Assembly: GCF_009834535.1 (NCBI RefSeq)
Contig: NC_045696.1
Span: forward strand, 92,692,001-92,756,000
From: Camelus ferus
Lineage: Eukaryota
Direction of reading: 5' to 3'
Length of the DNA stretch: 64,000 nt
Part shown: piece by piece, positions 1-12,230 of the stretch
How the letters are laid out: each line of letters starts with the position of its first letter
How positions within the stretch are numbered: the first letter of the stretch is position 1
Made by a program: the position numbers and the translations under genes
Notes under the pieces: model-generated
Databases searched by the model: none
Told to the model about the DNA's origin: nothing
Seen by the model: the letters and a program-made list of their open reading frames with translations, nothing else

Positions 1-500
1 ACCCGCGCGTCCCCAGCCTGCCCGCCCCTGAGAGGAGGGTCCTGCGGCGTCTGGCCCCGCCCCACTCCTGTCATGCCGCCCCTGGCGGGGAGGAGACCGC
101 ACCGCCCAGCCTGGCTGCCCCTGTCCCGCCCCCGCACCCGGCAGCCCGGCGGGAGAGGAGGAGCCGGTGGCGCCCCGCCCCACCCTGGCCGCTAAAGTGG
201 GCCTTGGCGAAAAACCGGAGCTGCGACCCGCGTGCCTTTGGCCCGCCGGCCCGCAGCCTTTGACTGCTGCGAGAGGCTGGTGACCCTGAGGAGGAGGCCT
301 CCAGAGAGCTGGGTCACGGGGGGATCTCTTCGCCGGTGGTGCAGCCTCATCTCAGGTTGCGGGTCATGGGGGAGGCCAGGAGTGCTTTCAAGAGTTTCGT
401 GGTGACATCGCCGTGGACTTAAAAGTGGTATCTGATCACTTAGGCCCCTCAAAAGTTCTACAGCGGATGCAGAATTTCCACGAGGAAGGGTTAGGGAGCG
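1..500. promoter_or_regulatory. CpG island with GC boxes, truncated by the window edge; probably the promoter edge of the divergently transcribed neighbour (GMPS by synteny)
   Basis: Very GC/CpG-rich with several CCGCCC/CCCCGCCCC boxes. No exon is recognisable. GMPS is inferred only from the mammalian order GMPS-SLC33A1-C3orf33 and a similar ~16 kb spacing. Confidence 0.6.
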
Positions 501-1699
501 GCAGTCTGGTGGAAAACTAGACCGGAGGACTGCAGCTCTGTTTGCACAGCTATGTTTTTATTTGGATTGTTTGTGGGGAAGGAGCTGCAGTTTTTCCAGC
601 TACTCCTTGGCACCCGTCAATGCAAAGTCTTTCAGTACCTTGAATTTGGTCACCTGGGGGGTCTAAATCACTGTTGGGAAATAAATAATAACACCTGAAA
701 TGGCCTTCCATTTACAAAGGCTTTTAACAAATGCTCAGTTGTTATAATACAGCCAACATTTGCTGAGTTCTTGCTATGTTTCAGGCTCTAGTCCTGGTAT
801 TAAGGAGCTAGAGAGACAACCCTAACTGCCAAAAACCCACTTTATTCTAACTAATCTCATGGAAGTGGTGTAGTAGGATTGATGGTCTTACCCACTTTTT
901 ACTAATGAGGGAATTGAGGCTCAGTGACATTATGTGCTTCTGCCTCTCTATATAGGAGGTGAGGGGCACCCGATCTGGGAAAGAATAGAAGTTGTTAGTA
1001 AACTATTTACAGGAACAAAAGGCCCAAGGCCCTCATGGGCCTCAGACTCAAATGAAGTATCTCACTTACCTTTCTCTGAAGTGAAAAATGGACACTTGAA
1101 TCTTCTAAAGCCATGGAGACTGTGCTTTCTTGGTAGGTCTGGATGAACAATTGAGAGAACCATGTAGTAACCAATAGAATTGGTTCACCTGCAATGGAAT
1201 GGAATGTGATGTGACGGCAATAAGGATTGGCTAAATTCTGTCTGTGTTAGATGATGCCCAGTTTAAATGTATTCTAGTGGTCACTTGTGTTTATGGCTAA
1301 GAATGTCAGCATTTACTGGCATCCTTCTAAGGCTTCTTCCTTTGACTCTATTCACCCCTTCCTCTTTCTTGAAACTGGATTCCCCTTACAGGGCCCCACA
1401 GGGGTGTCTTTTCACCTCCATGATTATTTTCCGCCACCTTTTCTTGTCCCTCTGCCTATGTCTGTCCTACAAGAGGAAACTTTGGTATTGGTTTTCTTCA
1501 GTATTTCCATTACTAGCCCTCTTCTTATCTTACTTTTCACCTTTGTTTCCCTGGGGCACTTATTTTAAAATATAGACTTGTTTAAAAACACCTTAATAGG
1601 TTCTATGTCATGACAGCTCTCTGGTCTGAGCTCTGGATCCATATTACAGCGTACATACCCAGTTAGACGTTCAATGTCATAGTGGGTCCCAAACTCAAG

Positions 1700-2400
1700 T
1701 CCAAAACACAACTTTGTTCAAGACTATTCTTGCTAATTTTCTGTTCATTTGTTCTATCAATTATTGAAAGAGAGGAGCTAAAATCTCCAACCATAATTGT
1801 GATTTTATCAATTTCTCCTTATAGTTCTGTCAGTTTTTGCTTTGTGTATTTTGAAGCTCTGTTTTTAGGGTCATAAATATTTAGAATCATTATTAATCCC
1901 TTTATAGTTATGAAATTATATTTTTTAGATTCCCAGTAATATTCTTCACTCTGACATTTACTTTGTCCAATATTATAATAGCATGCCTGCTTTTTCTGAC
2001 TCATTCTTGAAGTAATATATCTTTTGCAACCCTTTATCCTGTTTGTGTCTTTATGTTTATAGTGTTTCTTGTAAACAGCACATAATTGGGTTTTACTTTT
2101 TATCCTATCTGCCAATTTCTGCCTTTTAATTGGAGTGTTTGGACCATTTACATTTAATGTGATTATTGATATGGTTAGGTTTATTTCTTTAATCTGAAGA
2201 ATCTCAAGGCAATAAACTGGGACAATTGAAGGGTTCATCTCTTGTTTCCTGTCTCTCATGGATCACTGTCCTCTTTTGCTTGATATCCAGTATCTTGAAA
2301 CCATTGTTGCACATATTTTGTCTTGAGTTTTTTGTTCTTATTGCAAGCAAGAGGGTACATCCAGTTCCTGTTACTCCATTTTTGACAGAAGTGGAAGTCT
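1700..2400 (-). mobile_element. Old L1M fragment: ORF2 endonuclease N-terminus (about 1700-2185) plus 5' UTR-like piece (about 2190-2400)
   Basis: ORF 1819..2259(-) contains ISIITLNVNGPNTPIKRQKL, the start of L1 ORF2. The minus strand from 2400 begins GACTTCCACTTCTG...ATGGAGTAACAGGAAC, typical of old L1M 5' ends. Confidence 0.8.
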
Positions 2401-2869
2401 TTTAATGATTACTTGAGGCATCCTAAACCTATAAGGTCGTCCTTCTGTTACGTGTCCTATAATAGTTTTATATGCTTATAAAGATTAAGGGTGAAGATTG
2501 CCCTGACTTCAGAACAACTTAGGCAACATAGACTTGTGGTGCTGATTCTTATAAATGTAATTGTGTGGTTTCTGGGACCATTACATTTTAAAAGAAATAT
2601 TTCATAAAATCACAGAGAGCAAATTTACATGACTTTTCAGATTTGGTGAGTAGTATGTCATGAAATATTTATTTCTGATATAATCCATGGTCATCTTAGT
2701 TCATCTTTCAAAACATTTAATATTTTAAATCTCCCACTAACAAAAAAATTAACTTTTAAACTTATGAAAAATATTAGGTGTTAACTTAAAACATAGAAGG
2801 AAGTACATAGTTTTTCAAAATCCTTTTAGGATGGTATGTGAGTTAAAAAAAAAATGAAGACAGCTGTTA

Positions 2870-3260
2870 TAAATTTGATCATATATCCTTTGCTAAGAAT
2901 CTTCTCAATGGCTCCCCTTTCCTCTCAGGATAAACTCCAAACTTCTAACATTGCTCACTTGGTACTTGGAGATTTGGCCAGCCCATTTTATATATTTACC
3001 TTGTAGCCTTCTCTTACCACTGCCCCACCTCACTCTACTCTCAAGCCATATTAAACTGCTTTCATTCCTTCAATATGGTATGTTCTCTCTTGACTTGGGC
3101 CTTTTGCACATGTCTTTTGCCTAGAATGATTCTGTTCCCCTCCCCACAACTCTGCAGTCTTGGGTTAGCTGCCTCTTCCTCTTTTGTGCGCCCATAACCC
3201 TTTCCCCTTCATTAGTACTCACCACCCTCTACAGTGTTTACCTGTTCACTTGTCTCTGTC
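2870..3260. mobile_element. L2 LINE fragment
   Basis: Degenerate L2 motifs (caatggctcccc...aggataaactccaaacttct, ttttgcacatgtc...gcctagaatg). Confidence 0.55.
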
Positions 3261-3269
3261 TACAGAAAA

Positions 3270-4880
3270 GCTCTTGTAAAAGTATCATTCCAACAAGCAA
3301 ATAAGGACCCAGATACTGGTTTCTAAATAAGTGATAGGAACCAGAACTTCTTGAAGAAATGACTGATTTCAGGACTGAGGCAGGGACAAGGTGACCAGGA
3401 ACATCTTTTCGTGCCAAGAAGTAAGGAAGTGCTCAGAGAATGATGGGGACATTTCAAAGGGACACAGAAATCAGTATGAAAGGATTTTACTGGCCAAATC
3501 TAGGACAATATATCAAAACAGTGATGGTAAAGATTCTATCCTCTGATTAGGTTAGGGTTCCATCAGTCTATTATGATATAAATAAATGAGTAAATGGAAA
3601 TAAAACCCTTCCTTATTATGATAGAATGTTAACTAATAAAGTTCAAAGGAATATTTGAGTTAGAAAATTATCATTAGGCAACCATCATAGAAATAATAAA
3701 TTCAGACAAGAAACATCAGTGGATGGTAAAATTCATGGGTGAAAGTAGGATCAAGAACAGGATTTATTTACATTGTCTCAAAATATGTCTCTACAAAATA
3801 ATTATTAATTATACAAGGAAAAAGAGTAACTTTACAGTGGAGAAACCTGAGGACACCTCCTAACTCAAGTGATGGAAGTTAGCATCAACAATAATGGAAA
3901 AAAAAAATGTGTTACCTGGTGGATGCAGTAAGCCGAGGATGGTATTACTTCAGCAGTGCTTGCCTAAAATGAATTACCTAAGGGTGAATAAACACCAGGC
4001 AAAGCCAAATGGAAGCACATTCCAAAGAATAACTGGAACAGTTACAGACCTGTTATCTATTGCTTTGCAACAAACACCCTAAAATCTAGTGGCTTAAAGC
4101 ATTATTGATTTTGCTGCAATTTGGACAAGGTTCAGTAGGAGCAGCTCTTCCCTGCCCTAATGCGTCAGCTAGTGCAGCCCAGAGTGCAGCTCCACGAGAC
4201 CTCACACAGGGGCTCAAAGGCTGGGAACCAGAATCACGAGAAGGCTTTCACACATCACACAAGCATGTACACATCTCTAACACCTAAATGGGAGGATCCA
4301 AACAGCTGAGAGCTGGAACAGCCACAGCCCACCTGGCATGTCTACCTCTACCTCTATGTGGTCTCTCCATTACCACAGCTTCACAGTGATTGGATTTCCT
4401 AAGTGTCAGCTCAGGATTCCCAGAGAGTGTGAGTGTGTGTATGAGAGACCGACACAGAGAGAACTAGTGAGAGCCAGGTAAAAGCTGTGTGGCCTTTTCT
4501 ACCTAGCCTTGGAAGTCACACAGTGTTTTTTCTCTGCATTCTCATCATGGAATGAGTTGCAAGTCCTGTCCAGATTCAAGGAGAGGGTTCTGGAAGAGCA
4601 CGTGGAACTGCAAATGTGGTGCAATGCTTGGAAAATACAACTAGCTACAGTGAAGTGAAGGTTAAGGGAGGACTGAGGAACTGTTCCAGATTGAAGGAGA
4701 ATAAAGAGACATGACAGCTGAGTGAAATACACACACCTAGATTGAAACCTTTTGCTATAAAGGCTACCATTGGGTCAGTTGGCAAACTTTGAATGTTCTG
4801 TCTAAATGAAGTTTTTATGGGGGGGGGGGTTGTTATATTATTCCAACTTTGCAATAAGTTTGAAATAATAAATAATAATA
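3270..4880 (+). mobile_element. L1MC-type 3' fragment interrupted by an MLT1 LTR
   Basis: Characteristic L1MC 3' UTR strings (taactttacagtggagaaacctg; gaggaactgttccagattgaaggag). Confidence 0.6.
4048..4625 (-). mobile_element. MLT1 (MaLR) LTR
   Basis: Starts gttatctattgctttgcaacaaacaccctaaaatctagtggcttaaagc and contains cctagccttggaagtcacacagtg and cagattcaaggagagg. Confidence 0.7.
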
Positions 4881-5269
4881 AAAATGCACCATAAAAGCCT
4901 ATTGTTTAAAAATCTTACAGTTAATCCTTTCATAAAGCAGCAGATAATTGTGTAATAAATTCACCACCTAAATATGATAAAATCATATTTACGTCACATT
5001 TTATTAAAGCAGATCATTGAATGTTATTATCATAATTATATTCTTGTTGATTACCCCTGCTATGCCCAACTTTGTCCCAACCGTTCTCTCAGATTTTGGT
5101 TACTTTCTCTTAAAGCCAAACTGACATCCTCCTGGTGAGGACTGATTCAGCCTTTGCCTTCTTCATCTCTAGGAAAAGCAGGAAAACAACTTTTGCTGTC
5201 TTGCCTTTGAAAAGTTTCTAAAACCGGTGATGAAGAAAGCCCTTAACAGTAATAGTAACAGTAGCAGCA

Positions 5270-5465
5270 GCACTTCCCGCGCCAAGGCACTGTTCTAAAC
5301 TCCTTACGTACATCAGTCCATTTAATCCTCACAATAGTCCTATGGGGTGGGTACTATTATTATCTTCTTGTTTTCCCTTTATGATTGAGAAAAGTGAGAG
5401 TCAGACATTAATTAGTGGAAGGCTATACAGCCAGAAAACTACAGACCTGAGATTCAAACTAGCCT
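5270..5465 (-). mobile_element. MIR SINE
   Basis: MIR core (gccaaggcactgttctaa...catttaatcctcacaatagtcctatg). Confidence 0.65.
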
Positions 5466-5669
5466 TTTACTGTTTATTAAACATTCAAAATATACATTGC
5501 CAAGCAATCTTTAAAGCCATAGGTATCACTAGGCACATTTTAAAGGAGAGCAATGTCCCTGTTACTACTGTTTCTTTCATCTGTTTGCAGTGCAATGATT
5601 TTGATGGATTTTTGAATTGGCTATCCTTAACAAAATTCATGGCACTGATTCACTGGGTATTTATATAAC

Positions 5670-6125
5670 AGATTTAACTGTGGTTAAAAAAAATACATAA
5701 TGTGAAATTTACCATCGTAACCATTTTTAAGTGTACAGTTCAGTAGTGCTAAGTATATTCACATTGTTGTGCAACAGACCTCCGTAACTTTTTCATTCTA
5801 GAAAACTGAAACTCTATACCCATGAACAACAGCATCTCATTTGCTCCTCCTCTCAGCCTCTGATTCTGTTTCTATGAATGTGACTACTTTAGATACCTCA
5901 TAGAAGTGAAATCATACAATATCTGTCTTTTTGTGACTGGCTTACTTCACTTAGCATAATGTCCTCAAGTTTCATCCATGTTGTAGCATATGAAAGGATT
6001 TCCTTCCTTTTTAAGACTAAAAAAAAATTCTGTTATATATGAAATATATATGTATTGTTTATCCATTTAACTGTCCAAGGGCATTTAGTTTGCTTTCATA
6101 TCTTGGCGACTGAAAAATGCTGCTG
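5670..6125 (-). mobile_element. L1MB-type 3' end
   Basis: aaatttaccatcgtaaccatttttaagtgtacagttcagtagt and ggcttacttcacttagcataatgtcctcaag motifs. Confidence 0.75.
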
Positions 6126-6395
6126 GTTTTGGAGTGTTCATAAATTAAAAACTGAAAATATAAGACTGAAACATGGTAATTCATAAAATAGCTTACAGTG
6201 AGGGTGAGGAAAATGAAGCTCTTTAGGTTTTTAATGTAGTTTGCTTTCTGTTCTTGTATAAGTAATGATAACACTTTTCAAGGAATTTTTTAACTTAGGA
6301 CTTTAAGCTGTTTTCATATATCCAAATCACTTTTTGCATAATGTCCGTGAATTTAATATTCTGGCAGTCAGCACCATAATATTTATACATGTAAA

Positions 6396-7130
6396 TGTTG
6401 GCAAACTGCGCTTGGGTCTAATTGCCCACAGCACAGCAAAGGCAATTTACTGACACCAGGTTGAAGTGAAGGAAAGTAGTATTTATTGCAGATGCAAAAT
6501 GAGGAAAATGGGCAGCTTACACTCAAAAGACCTGAACTTCCCTATGGCTTTTAGGGAAGGTGTTTTTAAAGGCAATATTTGGGCAGAAGGCTGCAGGGTA
6601 TGTGACTTTCTTCTGATTAGTTGGGGGTGAGGTAACAGGGTCATGTTTCAGGAATCTCAGTCATCAACCTTCTGGTTCCAACCAGTCTGAGGTCTAGTGC
6701 TCAGCATAAGCACCACCCTCCACCTGGTGGAGGGGGTTTAGTTCCTGCAGATCAACTCAAAGATACGTGTCAGATTTTATGCGTATCCCTTGAGGAGGAA
6801 CTTGTTCTATAACTGAACAAACTGTTGTTTCTTGACTGTTTTTGTTACCTTCACTTCCTTAGATAGTAACTGCTAGAGTCTGCTCTTCAGAACTTGGAAA
6901 GACCTAGGAGACCAAAGCCTCTTGCTACAGAAGAAAAAAGCCTGGGAACTCAAGGATGTTTTGTGCCTGGGAGGGCCCCGTGGAGTCCTGCTCAGTTTCA
7001 GTCCCCTCTCTTCTTTGATATTTCTCAATCCTGAGGGGAACAGGGGCAGGACAAGAAAGGGAATCAAGTTTTGGGTAAAGTTAATCATAAATTGGGCAGG
7101 GAAAATTAGTTTTAGGGGGACTCAATTTCA
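6396..7130 (-). mobile_element. ERV1-class LTR (6396-7000) with polypurine tract and a short internal remnant (7001-7130)
   Basis: TG...CA termini and a minus-strand AATAAA near 6482. On the minus strand GAAGAGAGGGGAC lies directly before the LTR start TGAAAC. Related to the LTR at 50166-50723. Confidence 0.75.
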
Positions 7131-8189
7131 CACAGATTATGGGTCAATTTGAAACCACTAGCTTGATGTTTTTCAATTTCAACATCTTCTTAGTAATGAG
7201 CTCTACATTCAGAGCCTCAACCAAGATGCCACAAATGTGAGGTGGCTAAAAAAAAACAACATGGCCCAACTTTCCCTAAGCAGTGTTACAAGACTAGATA
7301 TTTTTACCGAAAGGAGAAACTTCACAGTCTGCCTTTCCAAACCTACTCCCATTTTACCCAAGATTTCTTTCCCTAGTGGTAGTGTTAGTTGCCCAGAGTA
7401 AAATTCCTTCTCTAGGAACAACCTGTTGGAAAAGATAGGTAATCAGCATTTCAAAAGATTATTTAAAAATGTGAAAGTATATTGTAAAGATTCCCAAGGG
7501 AATGTTTACCCAATACTCATTGAATGGCCACTTCCCAGCCTCCCACTCACACATTTGTTACCTCTTTCTCCAACTGTCTCCATCCCTTAGTCATTCCACA
7601 CATATTTGACTGTCCTTCTATTGCTTATTCTTACTACATTTCTCTCTGCTCTTTAACTGGCCACAATATATATGTAAAATGATTCTTTGGTTGTGGATGG
7701 TTGTGTTTCTTGTCTTTCAACTTTTTTTACACAGAACTAGAAATATATATGAAAACACTTTGTAAACGATAAAACACTATATGAAATATTAGTTATTTTC
7801 AGAATATATTCCAGTGCCTACCACATTGTGGGTACCCAATAGTTTAGTAAAGCGTTCTGTACTCTGTTCTAATTTTTAAAACTGTGTACCTTAGAACATG
7901 ACAAGAGATGGGGAAATTTTAACAGCAAAAGAACAGATATGTTAATCTCTAAAATATATGGAACATCTTATAATAAATAAAAACAAAAATTACCAAGGCC
8001 CAAATCAGAAAGGGGTAGACAAAATTCACAAATTAGGCAGTACAAATAGTTAATTAACATGATATGCTATTTCAAATATTTTGGTGTCATTTCCCCAGCT
8101 TTCTGAAATCTCATAAAATGAGAGAAGAAAAAATTTAAAAGTAAAAGATGGCAATATTGGAAAGACAGGTAGGAGGTCATAAGCAGAGA

Positions 8190-8850
8190 AAAGTGTTTCT
8201 GGCAGGAGTGCAAAATGGCGTAACAGTTTAGAAAACATCTTGGCAGCTTCTTATAGAGTTAAATATACACATATCATACAACTGAGCAATCCTATCTTAT
8301 AATTGCCCAAGAGAAATGAAACCTACGTTTACACAAAAACCTGCAGGCAAGTGTTTACAGTGACTTTATTCAGAATCACCAAAAACTAGAAATAATCCAA
8401 ATGTTCCTGAACTCTTCAATGGATTAAAACATGCCGGTACATCCATACAAGGAAATGCTACGCAGCCAAAAAAAAGGAGGGGTTCATGGTGGAGGGGTGG
8501 GGTACTATCAATACAGGCGACAATATGGATGAATCTCAATGCATTATGCAGACTGAAAGAAGCCAGACTCAAAAACTACATATTGTATGATTCCATTTAT
8601 ATGACATTTTGGAAAAGACAAAACTATAGGGAAAGAAAATGTGTCAGTGGCTTCCAGGGGCTGGAGACTGAGTGGAGAGGCTGACTTCAAATAAGCCCAA
8701 GAGAATTTTTTGGAGTGATGAAACTATTCCATATCTTTGACTGTGGTGGTGGTTACACAACAATTTGTCAAAATGGTTGATATTTCTCAAAACTCATAGA
8801 ACTCTACACTAAAATTTTACTATATGAAAATCATACCTCAATAAACCTAC
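8190..8850 (+). mobile_element. L1MB-type 3' end
   Basis: atggatgaatctcaatgcattatgc...gaaagaagccagactcaaaa, tgtatgattccatttatatgacattttggaaaag, and a terminal aataaa. Confidence 0.75.
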
Positions 8851-9499
8851 CCCCCAAGAAAGCAATTAAAAAATTCAGAGGAATATATAGATGATATCAC
8901 TCAAATGATAGTGAACTGGAAAACCAGTCAAGAAATCTGCAACCACACGTAAGTTTAGAAAGCAGCCACTAGATGGCAGTATTAATCTTTGTAATAGAGC
9001 CCAGGAAAAGAAGCTCAGAGATCAAAGGCTTGGCAGTGGAGCATTTTTTTGAAAAATTTCCTATAAATCCATAGCTATAGCTATGACTCCTGCTGTCAAG
9101 TCTCAGGCTGCATTGGTTTCTGTGTTGTTGCTAAGCCAGGTCTCAGCCTTCCACTGATTCTGGGAGGCCATCAATATCCTTTCAATAAATTCTTTCTCCC
9201 TCTCTCTCTCTGCCTGCTTATGTTTTGTTTTTGTTTTCTAAAACAGACTGAATAGCAGAACCACTAATTGCTGTTAACCAATTTATTTTTTGTTTGTTTG
9301 TTTTGATTTTCTTCTTTTCATTACAGAGAATTTGGAACATGTACAAAATAAACAGAATGGTATAATGAATTCCAGTATCACCAAGCTTCAATAGTCATTG
9401 ATAATCTGCCATTCTTAATTCATCAAACCTTCATCACCTCCAACCCCTGTGCAAATAGTTTTTTCTTTTACAGTCCTTTTTCTGAGATAAATTTACATT

Positions 9500-9840
9500 A
9501 TTTTGAAATGCATAGATTTTTTTAAATAACATTTTTTTACAGCAAAATTGAGCCAAAGGTATAGCAAATTCCTATGTGCCCCTTGCCCCCAGATATAGCC
9601 TCCCCCCATAATCAGCATCCCCCACAAAGTGGTACATTTGTGATAACTGATGAACTTGCATTGACACATCATTATCACCCAATGCTCATAGTTTACATTG
9701 GTGTCATACATTCTACAGGTCTGAACAAATATATAACAACAGGTAACTACCATTACAGTATCATACAGAGTACTTTCACTTCCTTAAACATCACCTGTGT
9801 TCCCCTTGTTCATTCCTCCCTCTCCCTAAGCCCTGGCAAA
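9500..9840 (-). mobile_element. L1MC-type 3' fragment
   Basis: gtggtacatttgtgataactgatgaac...ttgacacatcattatcaccc motif. Confidence 0.7.
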
Positions 9841-10251
9841 ATGCACAAATTTTAGCTACATAATCCCAATTTGTTTTTGACAGACCTAGTTTGGAAGTCT
9901 CTAATAACACAAAGCAAAAAGAAAAGCAAAAGTTGTGAGAGAAGACTAAAGCAATACATCTAGTAAGTAAACAAACTAAAATTTACTAGGATTTCCAGGA
10001 GGAGTTAATGAAGAGAAAAGAAAGAAATGAAAAATCAAATACATTATAAAAGAAAATTTCCCTAAACTCAAGAAAGATTTGGAATTTTGTTCAAAAAAGC
10101 CTAATAAATGTTGAATCAGATTAATAGAGAAACATACATGCACATACTTTCATACATTCTGGTGAAAATTCCGAACTCAAAAAATAAAGGAAAATTCCAC
10201 AAGTTTTCAAATGGAAAAACAGGATACCAGTAAAGGAACAAAAATTGATAG

Positions 10252-10699
10252 TGTCAACTGAAAACAAACACAATGTGAGAGCTGTGAGTTCAGTTGTATT
10301 GGGGAACTTACTGAGCACTATAGCCCAGGAGACAGCCTCTCAAAGAGCTCTGAGGAATTTCTCTGAGGGGGGGGGGTGAAATCAGTATACATGTGATTTC
10401 AGCAAAGGGGGCACATGCAATCAAGCACACATCCCAGTAGAAGGCTGCTGCTAGTCTCGAAGAGCAGATGTCTCCAGTAATGATTCTAGTGCTTTTCTAG
10501 GCAAGAAATTGGGTTCAGAAAATTTTGTCCTGAAAATATCTATGACAAGGCCTGTTCTGCCAGTTTTCCCAGAGCATGGAGTGCCTCATCCCTGATCTCC
10601 ACCCTGAACTTTGAGGGCGTGTTAAAAGTCAGCAACTACAGTGGCTAGTGACTTCATTCTTGTAGAGTCAGATGGCAAGTGACAGTTTTTTTTTGTCCA
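10252..10699 (-). mobile_element. MER41-like ERV1 solo LTR next to degraded L1 ORF1-like sequence
   Basis: Begins tgtcaactgaaa and shares the gacagcctctca...ctctgagg block with the LTR at 44132-44600. Confidence 0.65.
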
Positions 10700-10761
10700 T
10701 AGTAAATAACAACAATATAATATAAGTAACTTTCTCTGGTGTAATTCATATCTTGTTTGTT

Positions 10762-10920
10762 GTTGTTTGGGTTTTTTTTTTTTTTTTTTTTTTTGGGGGG
10801 GGAGGTAATTAGTTTTCATTTTTTTTCTGTTTTTTTGTTTTTAACAGGTAGTGGGGATTGAACCCAGAACCTCCCACATGCTAAGCATGCGCTCTACCAC
10901 TGAGCTATACCCTCCCCTCC
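10762..10920 (-). mobile_element. Camelid tRNA-Ala-derived SINE (Vic-1 type)
   Basis: Minus strand reads GGGGAGGGTATAGCTCAGTGGTAGAG...CTTAGCATG...GGGTTCAATCCCC, then AATTACCTCCCC and poly(A). Confidence 0.9.
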
Positions 10921-11859
10921 CATACGTTGTTTTTGAGACCTTCAGCCTCAAGTCATAGAAAAAGAGAAATAATTTTTTTTAATTTTTATATCATGAACAT
11001 GAACATAAGCTTTTATCATTCATAGAATACAATTAAAATAATATCACATTTTTGTACTTTCATATTGGTGTAGATTGACAAGTTTGAAATACAGAGGGTT
11101 GATGAGGGGCAAGCAGATGCAATTAATCATAGTTAAACAGTATGCATTGGTATGAAACTTTTTGGAAAGTTATTTGGCAATATGTTACACTTTAAATATT
11201 TTCTTATCCAGAAATTTCACTTTTAAAATAAATATATGTGTATTTTATTTATATTTATATATAATAATATATATTTTATATATTATATATACATTTGTGG
11301 GGTATTAGGAAAAGACCATCAAACAAAAAAAAACCTAAATGGTCATCAGTATCATGAGACTGGTTGGTAAATTTTAGCAAATCCATGCAATGGACTCCTA
11401 TAAGCCTAGTGCAGACCCTGTGTTCACTCTTACAGTCATTCGGATGTAGGCAATGGAGGATGGGGATGGGGCAACTGAAGGCAAAGCAGGATCATGGCTA
11501 CCATCAGGAGAGTTTTGTGTTTGGAGGTTTCACTAGCTTTACCAGAACACTTCAATCAAGGAAGTCAGTTTTCCAAAGAAAAGGGAGAATGATATTAGCA
11601 GAAGTGAGCACAGAGTATGCAGAAAGAGCAGCTGCTCACAACAGTACTGGCTGAGAGTCCTATGATGTAGCAGTCTTGTTTTCATAGCATAGTGACAGTT
11701 GTTCCACATTTGCTGAGATACACCGAGCCTGGTGGGGTAGTGCTCCCAGATTTGTAGAGCAGTGTCTCAGTCTGTCCCACAAGATTACCATGAGGCCTTC
11801 TTGGGAGGAAATAGCAATTTGGCCATGACTTACCCATGAACACGTGCCTCTGCTCCACG

Positions 11860-12230
11860 TGATTTCAGCAAGGGTAGCTCAACTTGGGGGCTGGAAGATT
11901 CACTTCCAAGATCGCTCACACACAGGGCTGGCGAGTTGGTGCTGTTAAAGGGGAAGTCAGCCAGCACTGAGAGCCACAGGCCTTACTTAGTTCCCTTCCA
12001 TGTGGTCCTTCCTTTAGTGCATGAAACTCAGTTCCAAGAGTGACTATCTCAAGAGGTAGGATGTGAATACTATGGGTTTCATAAGACTAGAGCCTGGAAA
12101 TTATTCCAGCATCACCTAAGCTGTATTCTGTTGGTCACAGAGCCTAGATTCAAGGAAAGGGACATAGATTCTATCTTTCAAAGAGGGAAGTGATAAAGAA
12201 TTTGGAAGCTATGTTTTAAAAGTGCCACAT
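11860..12230 (-). mobile_element. Old MLT1 (MaLR) LTR fragment
   Basis: ggctggaagattcacttccaagat...ctggcgagttggtgctg and cctagattcaaggaaagggacatagattctatct. Confidence 0.6.

Noticed and set aside
192..452. 86-aa minus-strand ORF as a possible GMPS exon
   Set aside because: No resemblance to GMP synthase; a CpG-island ORF with a non-ATG start.
10845..10917. tRNA-Ala(AGC)-like sequences here and at eight other sites
   Set aside because: They are diverged, mostly carry SINE tails or TSDs, and are SINE heads rather than tRNA genes.
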